64,000 nucleotides of DNA from Eledone cirrhosa (lineage: Eukaryota), in assembly GCA_964016885.1 (NCBI GenBank), contig OZ024756.1:40858001-40922000 (forward strand), given 5' to 3'. The translations under genes and the position numbers were made by a program. Positions 1-12,454 of the stretch are shown one piece after another; position 1 is the first letter of the stretch; every line of letters starts with the position of its first letter. The notes under the pieces were generated by a model. That model did not search any database and was not told the DNA's origin. It was given only the letters and a program-made list of their open reading frames with translations.

Positions 1-80
1 TAATTCAAAGAGCCAGTCTTGTCACATTCTGTGTCATGCCGAATCTCCCTGAGAACTACGTTAAAGGTACACATGTCTAG
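1..80 (+). mobile_element. 3' fragment of a tRNA-derived SINE (same family as 35797-36115)
   Basis: The stretch gtcacattctgtgtcatgccgaatctccctgagaactacgttaaaggtacacatgtct aligns by eye with gttacacaatgtgttacactaaatctccctgagaaccatgataaaggggtgcacgtgtct at about 35954-36013. Confidence 0.7.
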
Positions 81-194
81 TTAACTGATTGTTGTTATTA
101 CGATAATCTTATGTTGTTGTGTATAAGTAGTTGTGATTAATAAACATTAAATTAGAAATAATATTATTTATTTAAAAGTAATTTATCATCTGAC

Positions 195-221
195 CTGTTC
201 TTGTATGTCGTCACCGTCATC
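195..221 (-). CDS. Candidate 27-nt phase-0 micro-exon (DDGDDIQEQ), possibly part of the IQ-motif locus
   Basis: Minus strand reads tttttttctttcttcttttatatgaattctcag|GATGACGGTGACGACATACAAGAACAG|gtcaga: long pyrimidine tract, AG/GT boundaries, length divisible by 3, open frame. Confidence 0.55.
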
Positions 222-639
222 CTGAGAATTCATATAAAAGAAGAAAGAAAAAACATGCAACAAGCCATTAGTAAAGGTGTTAGGTAAATTTTCACCAACA
301 AATCATTAAAAGAATATTTTTTTTCATATATAAAAATAATGAAAAACCACCCAAAAGAAAACGAGATAAAACTTTAAAAAATAAGTACTGGGGTCAACAC
401 AATCGACTAAATCCTTCATGGCCACCAACTAATGATTGAAAACCTGTAGAAATAGAAACTTTAAAATATATCTGAAAGAGATAATGAAAGTTGGAAGTTA
501 AATATTTCTTGGTGAAATTGTAACAGTTTCTTTCTTCTTTTACAATTTCTGTATCTGTAAATTATGGGGTAAAACTATGGAATGGACGTCAGTTGTTGAA
601 AACCCTGGCACTGCTATTGTATCATTGTCTGGTGAGCAG

Positions 640-845
640 CTATTTAACTCAAATTATTCTTGTTTTGATATCAAACCACCTGAAACTGCTCCTGGTTCTA
701 TGATATGAAAATATTTATTTTGAATTGGTTATATTTATTTAATAACTTTGCAATATAGTTTCATATAAGAAATGTAGTTATTTTCCAAACACCAGCTTAA
801 TTATGAACTAGTTAACTATTTTACTAAATCCCTCCAATAATTTTA
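640..845. mobile_element. Degenerate interspersed repeat fragment; a related copy lies in reverse orientation at about 63210-63283
   Basis: tattttactaaatccctccaa (about 817-837) is the reverse complement of ttggagggatttagtaaaata (about 63233-63253), with weaker similarity on both flanks. Confidence 0.45.
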
Positions 846-3176
846 CATGTTTTTCCATGCTTGCATGTAATTGGCAGGTATGTGTCTGTGAGTTTGGGTG
901 AAACCCCAAATTTCTGACCAGAGTTTCGGTGGGTAAGGTTTGTGGACTACGTAGCAAGACAACAATTATGTTTTAAAACAACACGTGCAAGGTAAGTGAT
1001 TTTTATGTTTCCTCACCTACAGTAAGTACTGAGGTTGATATAATTAATTTTACCCTGGAAGTTTCTGTCCACATGATGACTGAAATCCATAAAAGAATTA
1101 AAGACTATATATATGGGTACAGAGTAGGTGTATATGTATCAATAGTAATTAGCATTAAACAGCCGGTTTCATCTGTTCATTTACTTAAAATATTACCAAA
1201 CAACTTACTGTGCACACTATATTAGCCACTCTCATATGAAAAACATTTGCTAACAATTGATTCCTATGAAGCTATTGATATTTATTTGAAAACAACCAAC
1301 ACTTGCCTTAGAACTAATTCAAAACAATAAAATATATGTTTAATTGCTCATATAATATTTCAAATATTTCTATTTCATTAAAATAAAAAATTATGAGCAT
1401 TTATTTATATAGACACATTTATAATTGTGGTATTTTGTGGGTTTTATTCTTAGTAATTGTTGCTATATTTATCTATTACCTTTATTCATCATTTCTATAG
1501 ATAGACAATTAATTTGAATATCTTTATGAAATGTTATTTTTTTCACTCCTCCATCGACTGACTGTGACTTCTCCATCCCACCACCTTCATTTAATAATAC
1601 AAGTTTATTCTAGTACAAACTATATAGTACAATATAACCCTGCAGTGAAAATGTAAGCTATTAATAAAATTTGACCACATGGTTAACTACAAGTTATGAA
1701 AATAGTCAAAGCTATTTTAATTATAAAAGAACAAAGAAATTATTGCCACAGTAGCCAGATGCTGAGCTGTAATAGTAACTGTAGGATATTGAAGATGAAA
1801 ATAATCCCACCCCACCTTTCTCCTCTTTAACCCCCACCCTACCATATCACACAGTTCATGTCCCCTTTTAGTAAAGTAATACTATCTATTTAAAGACTAG
1901 CTTCATATCTATATCACAGTATTTTCAAAACAAACACTCTCTTTCACCCTCATCACTACCTATCTTATCTCACTTCATACTTTTTACTAGTTACTTACAA
2001 GCACCTTCAAAATAAATGGCTGTATGCAATGTGCAGCTGTATGCACAAGCATGCATGTTTTGCAAATTTTTGCAGAAGAATTATAAGCTGAATCCACAAG
2101 TTATCTTGGTTGGTCTTACTTGGAGACCAGCATTTGTTACTATTCTATTTCAACAGTGTTCATTTAGATTTTCCTACTCTGTAAAGTTTCAGAGCTACAG
2201 CTGTAAACTGTAAAAGCTGCAGGCAAATGAAACCTAAATTAAGATAATTAGACATTCTAAATTAAAATTTAGACACACAAAGGAGGGGGGGGGGTATTTA
2301 ATAGTACAGCTTGTTAACTGAGTAATTATATTCAATTCTTACCAAGCAAAACAACTACAAACAAAGAAATAGAAATATATAAAACAATTGTAATAAAAGA
2401 AAATTAAAAAAATTAAAAATTGAAATGCTAAAATGACTTTCGAAAATGTTGAAGTTTAGAAAAGAAAGCATAAATCAAGGGTCACTAATTGATTTTTATC
2501 AACATCGTCAGCCCCCCACCCCCAAAGTGTCTATACCAATATATGGGACCAACTACCAACCCATCTTCATTCCAGGTAATGTTGTTGTTGTTTGATGTTT
2601 TAGAATTAATAGCCAAATCTCCTTCATTCCTCATCCTATCATCTTAAGAAAAGAACACATTGGATAATGTAAACCTGAGATATACTATTCCTGAAAATAA
2701 GAGAGAATGTTCATATTTGAGATGACCAACGTTAAATAGGCAGTGTATCCTGTTTAGAAGAGGGAGTCCATATCCCTACATGTAAGAGGGGACTGAAAGG
2801 GGTTGGTGACAGGAAGAGCATCTGGTTATAATATACTGCTTCAAAAAGGACCTCATGTGGGGCCAACAAGGTCAACCTGTATTTTAACAGGGAAAAAAGG
2901 GGCCTTGAAACATTTGTTACATTTGGATGTTTCAGCAACAGTTTGGGACATAGTTACCTCCTACGTATTCATAAAGTTTGAAGTTTTGGGGGGAAATTGA
3001 AGACATCCAACCAAAGAATCATGCAGGCTTCTCCATTCAATATGGCTACTGAGTGCAGTACTTCCTTAGATTTCTCCAAAATCTGTGCCTAGTTTTCTGC
3101 CCAAATCACAATGCTGAGGAATTTATTAACTTCAAATTTAATGTTAATATTTGAACAAAAGTTATGTGGCTGGTTT

Positions 3177-3482
3177 CATATTTTGGCCAGATGGACTACA
3201 GGAGTAGTATAGCATGTGAAGGACTAAAGGGAACATATTTTGACCAGGTGGACTACAGGAGTAGTATAGCATGTGAAGGACTAAAGGGAACATATTTTGA
3301 CCAGGTGGACTACAGGAGTAGTATAGCATGTGAAGGACTAAAGGGAACATATTTTGACCAGGTGGACTACAGGAGTAGTATAGCATGTGAAGGACTAAAG
3401 GGAACATATTTTGACCAGGTGGACTACAGGAGTAGTATAGCATGTGAAGGACTAAAGGGAACATATTTTGACCAGGTGGACT
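3177..3482. repeat. Minisatellite, 57-bp unit, about 5.4 nearly identical copies
   Basis: Unit catattttgaccaggtggactacaggagtagtatagcatgtgaaggactaaagggaa; the ORF track shows a 19-aa periodicity. Confidence 0.95.
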
Positions 3483-3705
3483 GAAACAAAAGGAGAGGTA
3501 TGCCATGACAACACAATGACTTGAGCAAAAGTTGAACTCTAAGATTTCATGTCTTCTTTGTTAAGTAACTGAGTAAAAGAAACAATGTGTGGATTTCGAG
3601 AATATCTCTTATGGTGCAAAATGGTTTTCCATATCTCTTAGTGAGAGTTCAAACTAGAGAAGGAATACAGCTAGAGCAAGGCAAAAAAAAAATAGGAAAA
3701 TTGAA

Positions 3706-4312
3706 AAGTTGGGAAAAGATGGGAAGATTGAGAAGGGAGAGTTGGGAGAAAATGGGAAGATTGAGATGGGAGAGTTGGGAGAAGATGGGAAGATTGAGAA
3801 GGGAGAGTTGGGAGAAGATGGGAAGATTGAGAAGGGAGAGTTGGGAGAAGATGGGAAGATTGAGAAGGGAGAGTTGGGAGAAGATGGGAAGATTGAGATG
3901 GGAGAGTTGGGAGAAGATGGGAAGATTGAGATGAGAGAGTTGGCAGAAGATGGGAAGATTGAGATGGGAGAGTTGGGAGAAGATGGAAAGATTGAGAAGG
4001 GAGAGTTGAGAGAAAATGGGAAGATTGAGAAGGGAGAGTTGGGAGAAGATGGGAAGATTAAGAAGGGAGAGTTGGGAGAAGATGGGAAGATTGAGAAGGG
4101 AGAGTTGGGAGAAGATGGGAAGATTGAGAAGGGAGAGTTGGGAGAAGATGGGAAGATTGAGAAGGGAGAGTTGGGAGAAGATGGGAAGATTGAGAAGGGA
4201 GAGTTGGGAGAAGATGGGAAGATTGAGATGGGAGAGTTGGGAGAAGATGGGAAGATTGAGATGGGAGAGTTGGGAGAAAATGGGAAGATTGAAAAGGGAG
4301 AGTTGGGAGAAA
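3706..4312. repeat. Purine-rich minisatellite, 33-bp unit, about 18 copies
   Basis: Unit gagagttgggagaagatgggaagattgagaagg; 11-aa periodicity in several frames. Confidence 0.95.
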
Positions 4313-4823
4313 AATCACCTTTTGAATATTGTAGAACTCACGGGGGGGGGGGGGAATTAAAAAACAGAGAAATCTTTATTGCAAATATGTAGTAAAACTT
4401 CATACACAGAAGGAATAAAACATTCTACATAGAAAATAAACCACAATTTGACCGTTTTCAACATATTTCCTCACTCTGAGTGATGTTTAGAATAAACGGA
4501 ACATCATTCTATAGCATACCAAATATGTTTTTCTGGTAATCAGAAATTGCTTTTTTCTTTTAATTTTTTTTGTGATGGGGGTGGGGTGGAGGGTTATTTT
4601 GTTTACGTTCAACCAACCCAACTTTACAACACATAAATGTTGCCATAATTGAGGTAATGGTAGCTACAAGTAAAGTTATAATAGAAACCTTTTAGACACA
4701 AAAACTAATGATTCCTACATGTCCACATTAAATCAATGTGGACATGTTTTCTTTCTAACTGCAGATATTATTGCAGTTTGGGGAAGAAGCAAAATCAAAA
4801 ATATATAACAATAATAATAATTA

Positions 4824-4964
4824 TTTCTGATTTAGGCACAAGGCCAACAATTTAGGGGGGGGGGGGAGTCGATTAAATCGACCCCAGTACATTACTGGTA
4901 CTTTATTTTATCGACCCCCGTAAGGATGAAAGGCAAAGCTAACCTTGGTGGGATTTGAACTCAG
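4824..4964 (-). mobile_element. tRNA-derived SINE, 5'-truncated
   Basis: Reverse complement reads ctgagttcaaatcccaccaaggttagctttgcctttcatccttacgggggtcgataaaataaagtaccagt...ggccttgtgcctaaa, i.e. a B-box plus the core seen about 10 times in this window. Confidence 0.85.
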
Positions 4965-4979
4965 TTATGGCCTTTAACA

Positions 4980-5100
4980 TTCAAATTCCACCAAGGTCAA
5001 CTTTATCTTTCATCCAACTAGCACCAGTAAAATACTGGGGTTAATACCAACTTTCCCCTAACCACAAATTGCTGGCCTTGTGCCAAAATTAGAAGCATTA
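4980..5100 (+). mobile_element. Degenerate SINE of the same family, inverted relative to 4824-4964
   Basis: ttcaaattccaccaaggtcaactttatctttcatcc...aattgctggccttgtgccaaaattagaa. Confidence 0.75.
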
Positions 5101-5116
5101 TTATTATTATTATTAA

Positions 5117-5308
5117 GGGCAGTGAATTGGCAGTATCGGTAGAGGGTCGGACGCCATGCTTTGACGCATAGAGTTACGGCCCTTGCCATTCTGAATTCAA
5201 ATCCCGTCGAGGTTAACTTTGCCTTTCATCCTTACGGGGTCGATAAAATAAAGTACCAGTCACGCACTAGGTAATTGCTGGCCTTGTGCCAATAGTAGAA
5301 ACAATTAT
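5117..5308 (+). mobile_element. Full-length tRNA-derived SINE, young subfamily (close copies at 31612-31800 minus and 62579-62770 plus)
   Basis: A-box-like tggcagtatcggtag, B-box-like gaattcaaatcc, core gcctttcatccttacggggtcgataaaataaagtaccagt, and an (att)n tail. The core resembles the MESC/Meta SINE domain (from memory, unverified). Confidence 0.9.
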
Positions 5309-5378
5309 TATTAATAATAATACGTAGAAAACAAATACCATGTATATAATATAAATATTTTAGATAATATTCTGATAC

Positions 5379-5605
5379 CTGAAGCATAATTAGGGAGTTG
5401 AAGATACGTAATTTTCTGCATTTTTTGATTTTTCTGATGATTTTAGAAGACAATTTACGGCAATATAAGCAATCAATAGCAACGAAATTGGCCAATACAG
5501 ACTGTATTTATTTTGGAATATTGATGAGTCCAATGAAGATATAATCATATCAGCTCCCAAACTGCCCTTAATTACAACAAAAACAACAGCTCTTGTTAAA
5601 GATAT
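5379..5605 (-). other. Candidate exon (227 nt) with a hydrophobic phase-0 frame that stops 11 nt before the donor
   Basis: Acceptor ctatttttacttgtttaagcag|ATATCT and donor TTCAG|gtatca flank unique sequence. Frame 0 gives ISLTRAVVFVVIKG...YVSSTP-stop. No homology recognised. Confidence 0.3.
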
Positions 5606-5637
5606 CTGCTTAAACAAGTAAAAAATAGAATTTAAAG

Positions 5638-5668
<31 letters not shown>

Positions 5669-6234
5669 GTTTAAAAAAAAAAAACTACAGCAGAACAAAA
5701 ATGGTTTTTAAAACATTCTGGTATTTTCAAAATGTTTTATTTATTTATTCAGTTTTAAAAATAAAAATTGATAAGAAAACAACAAAATATTTATTTCATC
5801 TCTAAAATTGACATGAACACACTTGTAACAACTGTTGCCACACTATGAGACCACAACATATAGAAATACTTGCTTTATATGTTCAACTATTAAAGAATAA
5901 GTACGTTACTACTATATCACTGGAAGCTCGATTATGTGTATGTGTACGCATAATAATAATATAATTCAAAGGACATGAGAAAAAAAAAATATATATTCAC
6001 ATACATATATATATGTATGTATATACACATGCTGAAACCACTCGGTGTTGCAGTTGGGTTTATACCTTCTTTTATATATATATATATATATATATACATA
6101 CATACATACATACATACACACACATATATATATATATATATATACATGTAAAGTTATATTTAAAATTGTTGGGTTACAACTAGTAAATATTTATAACTGA
6201 TATAAAAGCACTCGACAAATATTTGGAGTATATT

Positions 6235-6602
6235 TACAATATTAAATAAATGGAAAACTATATTTATAAAACCATATTTATTTCATTATATATATTTCGG
6301 GGATATCATATTAACAATATGCTATGCCTTCATCAGACAAAATACAATATAAACAGTTTTATAGATAAATATATTCGACATACCGTAATAAACATCAACT
6401 TCATTTGAAGAGGTTTACGCTAGCGTAAACCTCTTCAAATGAAGTTGATGTTTATTACGGTATGTCGAATATATTTATCTATAAAACTGTTTATATTGTA
6501 TTTTGTCTGATGAAGGCATAGCATATTGTTAATATGATATCCCCGAAATATATATAATGAAATAAATATGGTTTTATAAATATAGTTTTCCATTTATTTA
6601 AT

Positions 6603-6608
<6 letters not shown>
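6235..6608. repeat. Perfect 374-bp palindrome (187-bp arms, no spacer) in a dispersed element carrying an HHR-like core
   Basis: Centre ...gaggtttacgct|agcgtaaacctc... between 6421 and 6422; arms are complementary out to 6235/6608. The arm and the 6148-6235 flank are homologous to parts of 36924-37328. Confidence 0.95.
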
Positions 6609-6649
<41 letters not shown>

Positions 6650-7214
6650 GACAGATGAGCAGAGAGACAGATGAATATAACATAAAAGACCCAACAGGAA
6701 TTTAAATTCCATCTAAATAATGATTTTGAACTTTAGTAGTAATGCTACAACTATGTAGGGGAGTGAGTCTAGTTGATGGAATGGATACTATTCTATATAA
6801 CTTCTACTTAGTTTATTAACTGTAGAAGGAAAAAAGGCCAGACTCCACAACAGAATGTCATTATAGTTTCTATTAAACATCAAAATGTCTTTAGTCTTGC
6901 ACTTTACAACTTCTGTTACTGTTTGACTCTTTCATAACAATTATTATATATAACTCATATATATAATAATAACAATAATAATAGTACAACACTAAAATAC
7001 ATACTGGAGACTATGCATGGAGAACTCACTTCGGTGAACCAACAGTAACTTGATATTACAATCCCTAAACTTTATATATATATATATATATATGCTCTAC
7101 TAAAAAAGAAAAAAAAAGAGAGGAATAAGGAAGAAAAAAAGGGAGGGGGAGGAGAAGACTCACACTCAGTCACACTCTTCTAACAATTTTTCAGACATGC
7201 TAATGCATTGCTAT

Positions 7215-7620
7215 GGGTGTTAGGCAGCAAAGTTAAGACGCTGGAGTAAACAAGCACTCTTCCCTTGGAGGCATCTTTTGAGACAAGCCAATACAATTAC
7301 TGCATTACTGTGGGTGATAGCGTGGCTAAGACACTGGAGTAACCAAGCACTCTTCCCTTGGAGGCATCTTTTGAGACAAACCAACAAACATGCTGCATTA
7401 CCAAAGGTGATAGCAGGGCTAAATGCTGGCATGACCAAGCACTCTTCTCTTGTAGGTATCTTTTGAGATAAGCCAATACACTTACTGCATTACTATGGGT
7501 GATAGCAAGACTAAGATGCTGGAATAAGCAAGCATCCTTCCCTTGCAGGCAAGCCAAGATACCTGCAGCATTGCTGTTAGTCATAGCAAGGCTAAGGTGC
7601 TGGAATAACCAAGCACCCTC
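7215..7620. repeat. Degenerate tandem repeat, unit about 92-93 bp, about 4.5 copies
   Basis: g(c/t)atcttttgaga recurs at 7271, 7364 and 7456; ctggagtaaccaagcactcttccctt also recurs. Confidence 0.85.
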
Positions 7621-8249
7621 ATGGACATCACCTGATACTTTGGTGAGCTACCAACTATGACCCCTTTCAGTTATGAAATGCAAGTAAATACTAATTTTCA
7701 TTATTATATAACAACAATCAGAGACTGAGAGTTGACTTTATACAGTATTTATGTAAATAAAACCCATAAAAAGTTTGTATGGAATGAAATTATATAAAGT
7801 AAGGTTATCAATAACAAATTTGTTATCTATGATAATAAATTTGAAAGTGAAAATAAACTGGAAATATTTATAGAGAGAATATTAGGAAATGTATTTAGAA
7901 AAAAATAACATCAGAAAGAAGGGTTTTTCTTTTCATATGAAACTTCAGGCATGTAATAAGTCTGGATGTATAATTGCAACACATTATAGAAATTGGCCTA
8001 AATTTTATTTTATTTTTAGAAAGTTAACTTTTTTAATTTAATTATTCTACATTAAATGTAAACCTAACTCAGGAAAAAATCGAGTAGATTTTATAAAAAT
8101 GAAAAAAACATTTATAATGACTAAATGTGTTATGTGAATAATTATTTGATATTATTGTATATATGTGTGCATGCACAGTTTTATGCATACACTTGAAAAA
8201 ATAAAGGATAGTACACACATACACACATAAAGCACCCAGTTCACTCAGG

Positions 8250-8454
8250 AAAGTGGTAGTGGTGGTGCCACAAGAAAAGCTCCCAGTATATGCTGCAATA
8301 TGGTTGGCATTACAAAGGGCATCCAGCTGCAGAAAACCAAGCCCCAAATAGATATGTATGAGCAAGATGTGATGCCCTGACTAGCCTCATAACATAACTT
8401 GTCTAACCCATGCAAGCATGGAAGATAGACATTAAACAGTGATGATGATGATGA
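8250..8454 (+). mobile_element. SINE-like element with a (GAT)n tail
   Basis: ggttggcattacaaagggcatccagctg...gtctaacccatgcaagcatggaagatagacattaaacagtgatgatgatgat; the same tail occurs at about 26108, 32691, 34887 and 49697. Confidence 0.75.
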
Positions 8455-8455
8455 T

Positions 8456-8486
<31 letters not shown>

Positions 8487-8972
8487 AACTCTACTTTGGT
8501 ATTGAGTACTCATTCTCACATCTGTCAACATCATACGGATATATATATATATATATATATATCACATTTGTATTGTGTAAAAGCGTGTAGATAATTATAC
8601 ATACATGCAGACACAAATATGTAAGTATTTGTCTTAATACATCAGTCTATATAATCTACATTCATAAAAGCATACATACATATAATTTTCCAAACATGTT
8701 TGAAAAACATCTACAAAACACTTCACACAGAAAATATAAGCATTTCTTTCAATAATAAGAGGAAAAAAAAACAACAAAACACACACACAAAAAACAAAAA
8801 AAAACAACAAAGGTTCAAATAAATTAAGTTCCGTGGATGATAAAAGCGGAGAAGTACTACTGATAGAGCATAAAATCATCTTGAAAACGGGTGACTAGAA
8901 CGGCAAAATGTTGTGAATCAGTCTAGGGGCAAAGGAGATCTATGGAGCAAGTCTATTGGCAAGAAAGACAAC

Positions 8973-9461
8973 TCATGTTTCATGCTTGCCTACCCTTGAT
9001 GTATCCTTGTGGCTTTTTGAAGGTCTGTTATGGGACCCAGCATGTCCACGATGCCTGTTATTTCCATGCTTGTTCTGAAGTTTGAGCACCTTCATCTCTT
9101 TCCGAGCTTTCCGACCCCGAATCATAGCCTGAATTTTTGTTGCTGCTTCATGAGCTCGGGGATCTTCTGGGTCAACTGGTGGCAATGTTTTTTCTGCATT
9201 TGCTTTCACCTTCAGCACCTTCATTTGTTGGCGGGCTCGGAAACCACGAAATTGGGCTTGAATCTTGGTAGCAGCATGGTGAATATTTGGATCGTGGAGA
9301 AGCACATTTTCATCCTGAGTTTGAGGAGGCTCTGGATTCATGTGCTTGTGGTGGTGGACATTCTGCGAACGAGGATTGTGCTGTTGGTGCATGTGTTTGT
9401 GATGGTGGTGGTGGTGGTGATGGTGGTGGTGATGTCCTTGTTGTTGTCTAGACATTTCATC
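8973..9461 (-). CDS. Exon encoding a His/Gln-rich segment and two IQ calmodulin-binding motifs (neuromodulin/Sp17/igloo type)
   Basis: Motifs HDPNIHHAATKIQAQFRGFRARQQMK and EDPRAHEAATKIQAMIRGRKARKEMK fit IQxxxRGxxxR. Phase-0 acceptor tatttgtccatcttgtcag|GATGAAATG at 9461. The exon ends either at the stop at 8973 or at a phase-0 donor AGG|gtaggc at 8994. Confidence 0.9.
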   Translation of the reverse strand, partial: DEMSRQQQGHHHHHHHHHHHHKHMHQQHNPRSQNVHHHKHMNPEPPQTQDENVLLHDPNIHHAATKIQAQFRGFRARQQMKVLKVKANAEKTLPPVDPEDPRAHEAATKIQAMIRGRKARKEMKVLKLQNKHGNNRHRGHAGSHNRPSKSHKDTSRVGKHET

Positions 9462-10754
9462 CTGACAAGATGGACAAATAAGTACTAAAACTGAGATGGG
9501 TTTCTACACATTATAGATTAAAGCAAAGAAAGATCTGAAATAGTTATTCTTGAAAATATTCCTTTTAATACACTACAAAAGTCTAAACCGATTCTCTTTA
9601 TTACTGTTATTATCAAGATTATTCAATGGTTTTATTAGAAGAGTATTCTATTTTTGTTTAAAAAATCTAATATTTTAATAAAAATTATACTCTACTGTAT
9701 CAGATATGTTATCATTAAATAAAAGTTATTTTTATCTTGTATTAGATACATATTGACAAGTAACAAAAGAAAAACAATGAATGAAGCAGCTTCTAACAGA
9801 ATGTTTCATTTATTTAAATATTTAAAAAATGTTAAAAAAAACAAAATATTAGTAAATATTTTCTTTGTTACTGTCCTATATGACAAGATGGTTAAAACTA
9901 TGTTAGCTACATATCCCCAAACTTACATGCAAGGTTAACAGAGAGAATATATAGGTCAATGAGACATAAAATGCATGGTTTAAAAAACAAAAACAAATTG
10001 AAAAAAACTAGTTGATTCTAAAGTTTTCATCCACATATATAGAATGCATCAGCTCACATACTGTCTAGGACTCCTTATATGGTTGGTAGTCTGTGAATGG
10101 TCAGTGAAGGATTCATCACTACAAAGTAGTTACAGGCTCTTAGCTAAACCATTGATTTGACCTCAATTTTTGTCTGCAACAGTTTATTAAATTACATGAC
10201 TAAATGTCACTGACAAAGCAATGGCTATCACAACTTTCTACATCTTCCAACAATCAGTATCAAGTAAAGTAAATTTAGTGAATAATTAATAGTAAAAGGC
10301 AATGAGAATATTCTGTGAAAATGGATTAACTTGTGATAAATCTATTATCTTAATCAACATGACACTTTGTCCTTGTACACTGATAACAATGTACTCTTAG
10401 ATGATGTATTCACATCAAATAACAACATTTCATTGATTCAATTGAAGGCACGTCTCGAAATTCATTAAATAGCTAAATTCTTATACTCAATTTATATCAC
10501 AAACATTACTTTATATTCTTTTTTTTTCCCAGCATATCTAGAAAAGTTTAGGGTAGAGAAAGTAATAATACTTGAATGATTTAGTAATGAAATTGAGATA
10601 AACTCACTGATTAGACACTGAACAATTAAAGGATTGTGAGGTCATATTCCTGAAGGACAAAATTATACTAGAGAACAGCTAAGTAGCAGACCTTTTGGGA
10701 AGAAATTAGCAGTGAAAGTCTAGCGACCTATCCAGAGAAATATGTTTTCTCCAT

Positions 10755-10990
10755 CTGTATAAGAGCAGTAACAAATCTCTAAATTTCTTCCAGCTTCTTC
10801 TCATCCTAGGTATCACACTTTCGACACATCTTCCCCAATGGTTAATTTGATCAACTAGGTAGCAAAAGCTATCAACCACTTCTAAGGAACCTCCCTGACA
10901 ACTGAAGGAATCTATTTCATGTATGCTCTTAGTCACAACTGTATTGCTCCTACCATTTTGGGGGGGGATGCAGACATTCATAATTTGTAT
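10755..10990 (-). mobile_element. RTE-clade LINE fragment (region C-terminal to the RT domain)
   Basis: SLEVVDSFCYLVDQI...IPRMRRSWKKFRDLLLLL is homologous to the RTE copy at 61180. Confidence 0.8.
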
Positions 10991-11225
10991 ACATGCCAAT
11001 CATTATTATGACATCTTTATTCATTGTTGTATTGTATCTTATGTTGTGTGTAATGAGAAAAGTGTGCAATATCTTTTGAATATTTAAGAATTTTCTGACA
11101 ACAATTCCTGGAGGTGCAGCTGCACCCCCAGGAATACACCATTGCTCTTAGTGCTCACTTCTCCTGTGCATCTGCTGCATACAAAGTCTATCTTTTCAGT
11201 TAGCCTGCCTGCTCACTACATCTGT

Positions 11226-11340
11226 ATATATAAGCATATATACATATACATATATATATACACACACATTCTGTATATAAATGGAAAAGCAGACATAAAT
11301 ACGACAACAATGATGATACACACACACACAAGTATATGTG

Positions 11341-11372
<32 letters not shown>

Positions 11373-11403
11373 AGTATATATGTGTATCTATATACACACA
11401 CAC

Positions 11404-11456
<53 letters not shown>

Positions 11457-11499
11457 AGTATATATGTGTATATATATATACACACACATATATATATAT

Positions 11500-11535
<36 letters not shown>

Positions 11536-11595
11536 TACACACATGTGTATATATATATATATATATATATACACACTTCCACACCCACACACATA
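11226..11595. repeat. (TA)n/(CA)n compound microsatellite
   Basis: Direct inspection. Confidence 0.9.
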
Positions 11596-12454
11596 CTTTT
11601 ACATAAGTTTTGAAGTTATTGTAGCTGAAATATATTTGTAAATAAGAGTTTCTGCTAGAATGGTTCCAATGTAATTTACTATTTAGTATTTTGAGTGGGT
11701 TTCTTGTGATTTTATTAGAAATTCCTTGCAGAGTAAGTGGGAGAAAGCAGAGCTGCTGATTTTGAAGAATAAAAATACCGAAACTAAATATATTTAACAT
11801 CTGCTAGACTTTTGATTAGCATAACCTCGGATAAAAACAAATTTCAGATTTGCTCAAATATATAAATAAAATGCATTATTAGTAGATTAAATATATGACG
11901 AAAAAAAAAAAAAAGAAAAAAAAAACGCTAAAAAAGCTATAAACAAAAACAAAACAAACCATGCAGCTTATTAAAGATTTAGGTGTGTTTAAGATTAAAA
12001 GATGAAAGTTAAGTTGGAGGCAAATGAAGTTGTTTTAAAGTCTGTAATGATTAAATCAAAATTTAAGAAGAAATAAATAAAAAATGCTAAATCTAACGAT
12101 GAAAACCAAAATATTCATTAAAGTATTTCTCAGGAAATAAAAATATTTTTATTTGATTTTCTTCAGTAACTAGCTATATATATAGTTATGATGATGATGA
12201 TGATATATAGTAGTTGTTATTGTTAGGATGTCTTCCCTATATCTATTCCAACAAACTAATGAAACATTTCATATATTTACTTTTGGCTATTTTTGTTATT
12301 GTGTTTTTGTCAGAATTTTTATAAGAGAAAGTTGAAGTTTGTTGATAGGGGGGGGGGGGGGGGGGGCACTGGTAGGTATGTGTGTATATATATATATGTA
12401 TATATACATAATTCATTGGTTCTTTTACTGGCTTTACAGTCATTAGACCTGTGA

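Noticed and set aside
905-935. Minus-strand GAAACTCTGGTC resembling the 3' half of a hammerhead
   Set aside because: No CUGANGA box or stem I partner found nearby.
3162-4392. ORFs over the 57-bp and 33-bp arrays (for example the GELGEDGKIEK repeat)
   Set aside because: Stop-free units with lengths divisible by 3 open several frames on both strands; no splice or homology support; not a Gly-X-Y collagen pattern.
10062-10118. Minus-strand 57-nt exon candidate (DESFTDHSQTTNHIRSPR)
   Set aside because: Its phase-2 ends are incompatible with the phase-0 acceptor at 9461; no further support.
11142-11800. YI/HT-rich ORFs here and at other (TA)n/(CA)n tracts
   Set aside because: Dinucleotide microsatellite artefacts.
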